From: Deferribacterales bacterium
GTDB lineage: Bacteria > Chrysiogenota > Deferribacteres > Deferribacterales > Geovibrionaceae
Length of the DNA stretch: 64,000 nt
Assembly (NCBI GenBank): GCA_050251875.1
Contig: JBFWMA010000002.1
Location: 256,001 to 320,000, forward strand
Direction: 5' to 3'
Position numbers and translations under genes: made by a program. Shown here piece after piece: positions 59,950 through 64,000 of this stretch (within the stretch, counting starts at the first letter, position 1; every line of letters starts with the position of its first letter). A model generated the notes under the pieces. That model had not been told where the DNA came from. It did no database searches and was given only the letters and a program-made list of their open reading frames with translations.

Positions 59950-60664
59950 ATATAGAAAAATAACATTCAAAAGAGACGATTTCAGGTTAGATATAGGTGG
60001 CTTAGTAATAGAACATAATCAAAAGGTTGCTATTTTAGGTGAAAACGGTTGTGGTAAAAGCACTTTTATTAACTTAAGCTGTGGTTTGCTGGGAAATCAG
60101 CGCATAGAGTTCAATGGAAAAAGACTGAAGGATATGGACACTCTGGACAGAGCCAGAACGTTTGCTCTGTTTGCCCAGAACCCTGAAGTGACTTTTCCTT
60201 TCACGGTCTTCGAGATAGTTCGAATGGGCAGATTCGCCGTGAACGGCGGAGCCCACACTCAGGCTGATAACGATAAAACCTTTGAAATGCTTACTCTTTT
60301 TGACATTCTTAAATACAGCAAAAGAAAATTTACTGAGCTCTCCGGCGGAGAAAAGCGCCGTGTGATGCTCGCCAGAGCCTTTAATCAGGATACTCCGTTT
60401 CTTTTTCTGGATGAGCCGGTGAGTATGCTGGATATCAGGCACTCGCTGGAAATCATGAATATTATTGATGATTCAGATAAAACTATCATTGCTTCCATGC
60501 ACGATATCAATCTGGCGGCAAGACATTTCGACAGACTGATAATGATGAAGGAAGGACAGATAGTCTATGACACATTAAGCCGGGAGCTGACCCCGCAGAT
60601 GATAGAAGAGGTGTATAATGTTAAAGTTTCTAGTAGTATTCACAATTTCGGTTTTATCATTTAG
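59942..60664 (+). CDS. iron/cobalamin ABC ATPase
   Basis: GENGCGKST, LSGGEKRRV, LDEP, MHDINLA. Confidence 0.92.
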   Translation: MIKYRKITFKRDDFRLDIGGLVIEHNQKVAILGENGCGKSTFINLSCGLLGNQRIEFNGKRLKDMDTLDRARTFALFAQNPEVTFPFTVFEIVRMGRFAVNGGAHTQADNDKTFEMLTLFDILKYSKRKFTELSGGEKRRVMLARAFNQDTPFLFLDEPVSMLDIRHSLEIMNIIDDSDKTIIASMHDINLAARHFDRLIMMKEGQIVYDTLSRELTPQMIEEVYNVKVSSSIHNFGFII

Positions 60665-61406
60665 CGGATTCAGCGCGGAAAGAATCGTAATCCTGTCTCC
60701 TGGCGCAGGCGACATAGTTCAGAAGCTGGGCGCGGAATCAAAGGTTGTCGGGGTTACCAAAAGCCTCGAGGGTTTTGATAAGGCGGTCAGGGTCGGCAGC
60801 CACATCAAGCCGAACGTGGAGATCATCAGGTCTCTTAATCCGGATCTGCTCATTGTGAGCGGCGGTAAATATTTCACAGATGAAATGAAATCCGCTATAG
60901 ACGCTAAAACCATCGTTTATGACCCCAGATCACTGGATGAGGTTCTGGAAGGGCTTAGAACGATAGGAAAAGAGCTTTCGAAGGTGGATATAGCTGACAG
61001 TCTTGAAAAATCGCTTAGAAATGAAATTAGCGGGTTGAAAAATCCGGCATGTTCTCCGAAGGTCTTTTATGAGGTGTCGCAGATACCGCTGATGGCGGCA
61101 GGCAATGACAGCATAATCGGCGACAGCATAAAGAGAGCCGGGGGCTATCTTGTTCCCGTATCAGATAAAAAACTCTATAAGACCAACATAGAGACGGTTC
61201 TGACATCTAAACCGGATATCTATATCTGGCAGACGGGCGCAATGAACCGCAATCCTGTGCCTCCGAAAGACAGAGGAGAATATCAGAGCCTGAAGGCGGT
61301 ATACGTTCATGTTAACGAATATGACTTCTCAAGGGCGAATACCCAGTCTTTCAAAAACGTGATTTTTCTCAACAGGGCATTTTCAGACTACTGTAAATCC
61401 AAATAG
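60618..61406 (+). CDS. BtuF/HmuT-like substrate-binding protein
   Basis: Signal peptide, ERIVILSP, PNVEIIRSLNPDL. Confidence 0.85.
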   Translation: MLKFLVVFTISVLSFSGFSAERIVILSPGAGDIVQKLGAESKVVGVTKSLEGFDKAVRVGSHIKPNVEIIRSLNPDLLIVSGGKYFTDEMKSAIDAKTIVYDPRSLDEVLEGLRTIGKELSKVDIADSLEKSLRNEISGLKNPACSPKVFYEVSQIPLMAAGNDSIIGDSIKRAGGYLVPVSDKKLYKTNIETVLTSKPDIYIWQTGAMNRNPVPPKDRGEYQSLKAVYVHVNEYDFSRANTQSFKNVIFLNRAFSDYCKSK

Positions 61407-61458
61407 GCTATAGGCGGGGCTTTCGTTCAGATTGACCACGCTTTCTATTTATTATATA

Positions 61459-61486
61459 ACGTCCTATAAGATATATTATGTTAAAT
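61459..61486. other. dif site (XerC/XerD chromosome dimer resolution)
   Basis: ACGTCCTATAA-GATATA-TTATGTTAAAT; right arm identical to the E. coli XerD arm; intergenic. Confidence 0.88.
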
Positions 61487-61569
61487 AGAATAGGATAAAT
61501 GGCTTTACTTTGGAACTGAATATGATTTAGATTGTCCCTATTAGAACGAAAAACATAAGGACGGCATAG

Positions 61570-62526
61570 ATGGGCTCAGAATCGATCTTTTTTATGGAGG
61601 TAATGTCGAAGCCTTTGTGGGCATGGATATCGTTTTTTACGGTGGTTATAGCCCTTCTGGTTATCGACTTGGGACTGCTGAATAAGAAAGATCATGAGAT
61701 CGGCATCAAAGAGAGTCTTCAGATGTCCGCCTTTTACATCGCTATCGCTGTTTTATACGGATTATTCGTGTGGTATGAGTTCGGTCACGAGAAAGGATTT
61801 AACTTTCTGAACGGCTTCGTGGTTGAAAAATCACTGGCTATGGACAACATATTCGTGATCGCCATGGTGTTCTCCTATTTCAAAACGCCCCGCAAATATC
61901 AGCACAGAGTGCTCTTCTGGGGTATTCTGGGTGTTATTCTGCTCAGGGGTATCATGATCGGTCTCGGCTCCGCACTGGTTGCCAGATTCGAGTGGATACT
62001 CTATATTTTTGCTCTTTTCCTTATCTATTCCGGAATAAAGATGTTCTTCGCAAAAGATGACGATGGTGATTTGGCTGACAATAAGATACTGCTGTTTTTA
62101 AGAAAACATCTCAGAGTGACTGACGATCTTCACGGTCACAGCTTCTTTGTAAAACAGAACGCTAAATGGTTCGTTACCCCTCTGTTCGTGGCTCTTTGTA
62201 TGGTGGAGATCATCGACGTTGTGTTCGCCGTGGATTCCATTCCGGCGGTATTCACTATCACTACCGATCCTTTTGTTGTTTATACCAGCAACATTTTCGC
62301 TATTTTGGGACTGCGGGCGCTTTATTTTGCCCTTTCCGCCATGATAGCCAGATTCTATTATCTGAAATTCACCCTTTCGCTGGTGCTTATTTTTATCGGG
62401 TCAAAGATCTTCATAGACGCTTTTCACATCTACCATTTCTCCGCCCTTTCCTCTCTGATAATAACTCTTTCTCTTTTATTATCAGGGATATTGTTCTCTC
62501 TGTGGAAGACTAAGAAAAGTAATTGA
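61570..62526 (+). CDS. TerC/Alx family membrane protein
   Basis: EKSLAMDNIFV, QHRVLFWGILG, FAVDSIPA, SNIFAILGLRALYF. Confidence 0.93.
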   Translation: MGSESIFFMEVMSKPLWAWISFFTVVIALLVIDLGLLNKKDHEIGIKESLQMSAFYIAIAVLYGLFVWYEFGHEKGFNFLNGFVVEKSLAMDNIFVIAMVFSYFKTPRKYQHRVLFWGILGVILLRGIMIGLGSALVARFEWILYIFALFLIYSGIKMFFAKDDDGDLADNKILLFLRKHLRVTDDLHGHSFFVKQNAKWFVTPLFVALCMVEIIDVVFAVDSIPAVFTITTDPFVVYTSNIFAILGLRALYFALSAMIARFYYLKFTLSLVLIFIGSKIFIDAFHIYHFSALSSLIITLSLLLSGILFSLWKTKKSN

Positions 62527-62962
62527 TGCCGTGGTTCACTGCCCAGACTGTTCCGGCATATCTGATAAGTTTTCCTATGAATACGAGAACGGCGTATTTA
62601 GCGAAGTGCATCCGCATGATTCCGCCCACCAGACACAGCGGGTCGCCGATCACCGGAACCCATGAAAAAAGAAGCGACATAGTGCCGTATTTGTCGAAAA
62701 TAGCTTCCGCTTTCGCCCTCTTTTTTTCGTCTATTTTGAATATTCTCGTCATCGTCAGGTCGCTTCCATAGAGCCCCACAGCGTATGTCAGGCATGCGCC
62801 CAGAAAGTTTCCGGAAGTGGCGCAGACAAGCAGCCAGAAAGGATCGAGTCCTTTGATGAGCAGAGCGACCAGAAGCCACTCGGACCCCACAGGCAGAAGC
62901 GTTGAGGCGAGAAAACCCATCAGAAACATCGAAAAATAGCTGTATTCAGGTAAAATGTGCAT
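62510..62962 (-). CDS. YqaA family (DedA-like) membrane protein
   Basis: FLASTLLPVGSE, SWVPVIGDPLC..G, GK..RY; start codon uncertain (62962 or 62977). Confidence 0.85.
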   Translation of the reverse strand: MHILPEYSYFSMFLMGFLASTLLPVGSEWLLVALLIKGLDPFWLLVCATSGNFLGACLTYAVGLYGSDLTMTRIFKIDEKKRAKAEAIFDKYGTMSLLFSWVPVIGDPLCLVGGIMRMHFAKYAVLVFIGKLIRYAGTVWAVNHGINYFS

Positions 62963-63071
62963 ATATTTATATAACATCCCGCATTGGTATTGACTATGAA
63001 AATTATAAGGCGTATAAAATTATTCCCAAACAATTAATACATCTGATTATTTACTCTGAAACGGGAGATGT

Positions 63072-63710
63072 TTGATGCGCCTTGCTATTTTTGATCTGGA
63101 CGGAACCATCCTCGATACCCTCACCGATATGCACGAGTGTCTGATGGACACCATGCGTCATTTTTCTCTGCCTCTTTTTGATAAAAACACCACCAAAAGC
63201 TATGTCGGAGACGGCATACGCCAGCTCGTCATCAGAGCCGCCGGAAAAGACAGCTTCACAGATGATATGGAGACCTATTTCCGTGCGGTCTATTCTGAGA
63301 ATATGACTAATAATACCAGAGTGATAGATGACTATGCCTGCGTTCTGGAATATATAAAATCAAGCGGCATCACAGCCGTGATTCTCTCCAACAAAATCGC
63401 CTCGCTCACATCTGAGCTGGCGGCTCATTACGGTCTGGACGCTTATTTCGCCAGAAACTACGGCGGGGACAGTTTCGGTGTCAAAAAACCCTCCCCTGTG
63501 CCTGTTCAGAACATTATGAAAGAGTTCTCCGCATCGCCGGAAAACACAATAATGATAGGCGATAACCACACCGACATAGAGTCCGGATACTACGCCGGGG
63601 TAAAAACTTGCTTTTGTTCTTTCGGCTATGGTAATCTGAGTGAGGTCAAAGCTGATTTTGTTGCTGACAAACCTGAAGAAATCATAAAAGCTCTGGAGTC
63701 CTTAAAGTGA
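63072..63710 (+). CDS. HAD hydrolase, phosphoglycolate phosphatase-like
   Basis: FDLDGTILDT, LSNK, KKPSP, MIGDNHTDI. Confidence 0.88.
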   Translation: MMRLAIFDLDGTILDTLTDMHECLMDTMRHFSLPLFDKNTTKSYVGDGIRQLVIRAAGKDSFTDDMETYFRAVYSENMTNNTRVIDDYACVLEYIKSSGITAVILSNKIASLTSELAAHYGLDAYFARNYGGDSFGVKKPSPVPVQNIMKEFSASPENTIMIGDNHTDIESGYYAGVKTCFCSFGYGNLSEVKADFVADKPEEIIKALESLK

Positions 63711-64000
63711 AAAAATATGCCTATTATGCCGATTATGTCTACTATAACAGTAAGATACATCATAACACCTACCTTCTGGTCAGCGGAAACACCATAGACG
63801 GAATGCTGGAGAGCGATGCCGTTGTTCCGGCAGAGTACGAAGTGGTAAAATTCGAAAATTCCGCAATATTTCCGGGACTTATCAATACGCATACTCACCT
63901 GCCTATGTCTTTTTTCAGAGGGATGGCGGACGATCTGCATCTGATGGACTGGCTCCAGAACCACATCTGGCCCGCCGAGGCTAAGTGGATTTCTCCGGAG
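63707..64000 (+). CDS. amidohydrolase, MtaD/SAH deaminase-like (3' partial; not in the ORF track)
   Basis: GTG overlapping the upstream stop; my translation gives PGLINTHTHLPMSFFRGMADDLHLMDWLQNHIWPAE. Confidence 0.88.
   Translation, partial: MKKYAYYADYVYYNSKIHHNTYLLVSGNTIDGMLESDAVVPAEYEVVKFENSAIFPGLINTHTHLPMSFFRGMADDLHLMDWLQNHIWPAEAKWISPE

Noticed and set aside
61407..61569. yybP-ykoY manganese riboswitch before terC
   Set aside because: The region is AT-rich without the expected conserved motifs or stems; it holds dif instead.
1..64000. tRNA, rRNA, IS/transposase or prophage genes
   Set aside because: No cloverleaf or rRNA signature in the short intergenic gaps; no transposase, integrase or phage ORF recognised.

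Overview
Chromosomal core-genome segment of a diderm anaerobe. The gene content (futalosine-pathway mqnD, cimA, ntrYX, ptsP, scpAB, pyrR) suggests Deferribacterota; this is inference, not a database match. About 65 densely packed, mostly + strand CDS encode aminoacyl-tRNA synthetases, glycogen phosphorylase, amino-acid and pyrimidine biosynthesis, prfB-alr-mlaEFD, thyA-folA and ABC transporters. I saw no rRNA, tRNA, CRISPR array, phage or transposase. The notable signals are non-coding. (1) A ~130-bp three-hairpin element has conserved loops but different, still base-paired stems; it occurs twice in tandem at 5.66-5.94 kb and once inverted at 29.91-30.04 kb. (2) A 129-bp tandem array inside a lexA-small ORF-dinB SOS cassette carries three 'empty' versions of that element next to one 'filled' version. 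(3) A GAAC-N4-GTTC SOS box lies upstream of lexA. (4) An orphan promoter-hairpin-terminator unit with a CCUCCUCCC loop is a candidate sRNA. (5) A leader peptide plus terminator precedes pyrR-pyrB-pyrC. (6) A XerCD dif site at 61459-61486 places the window at the replication terminus.
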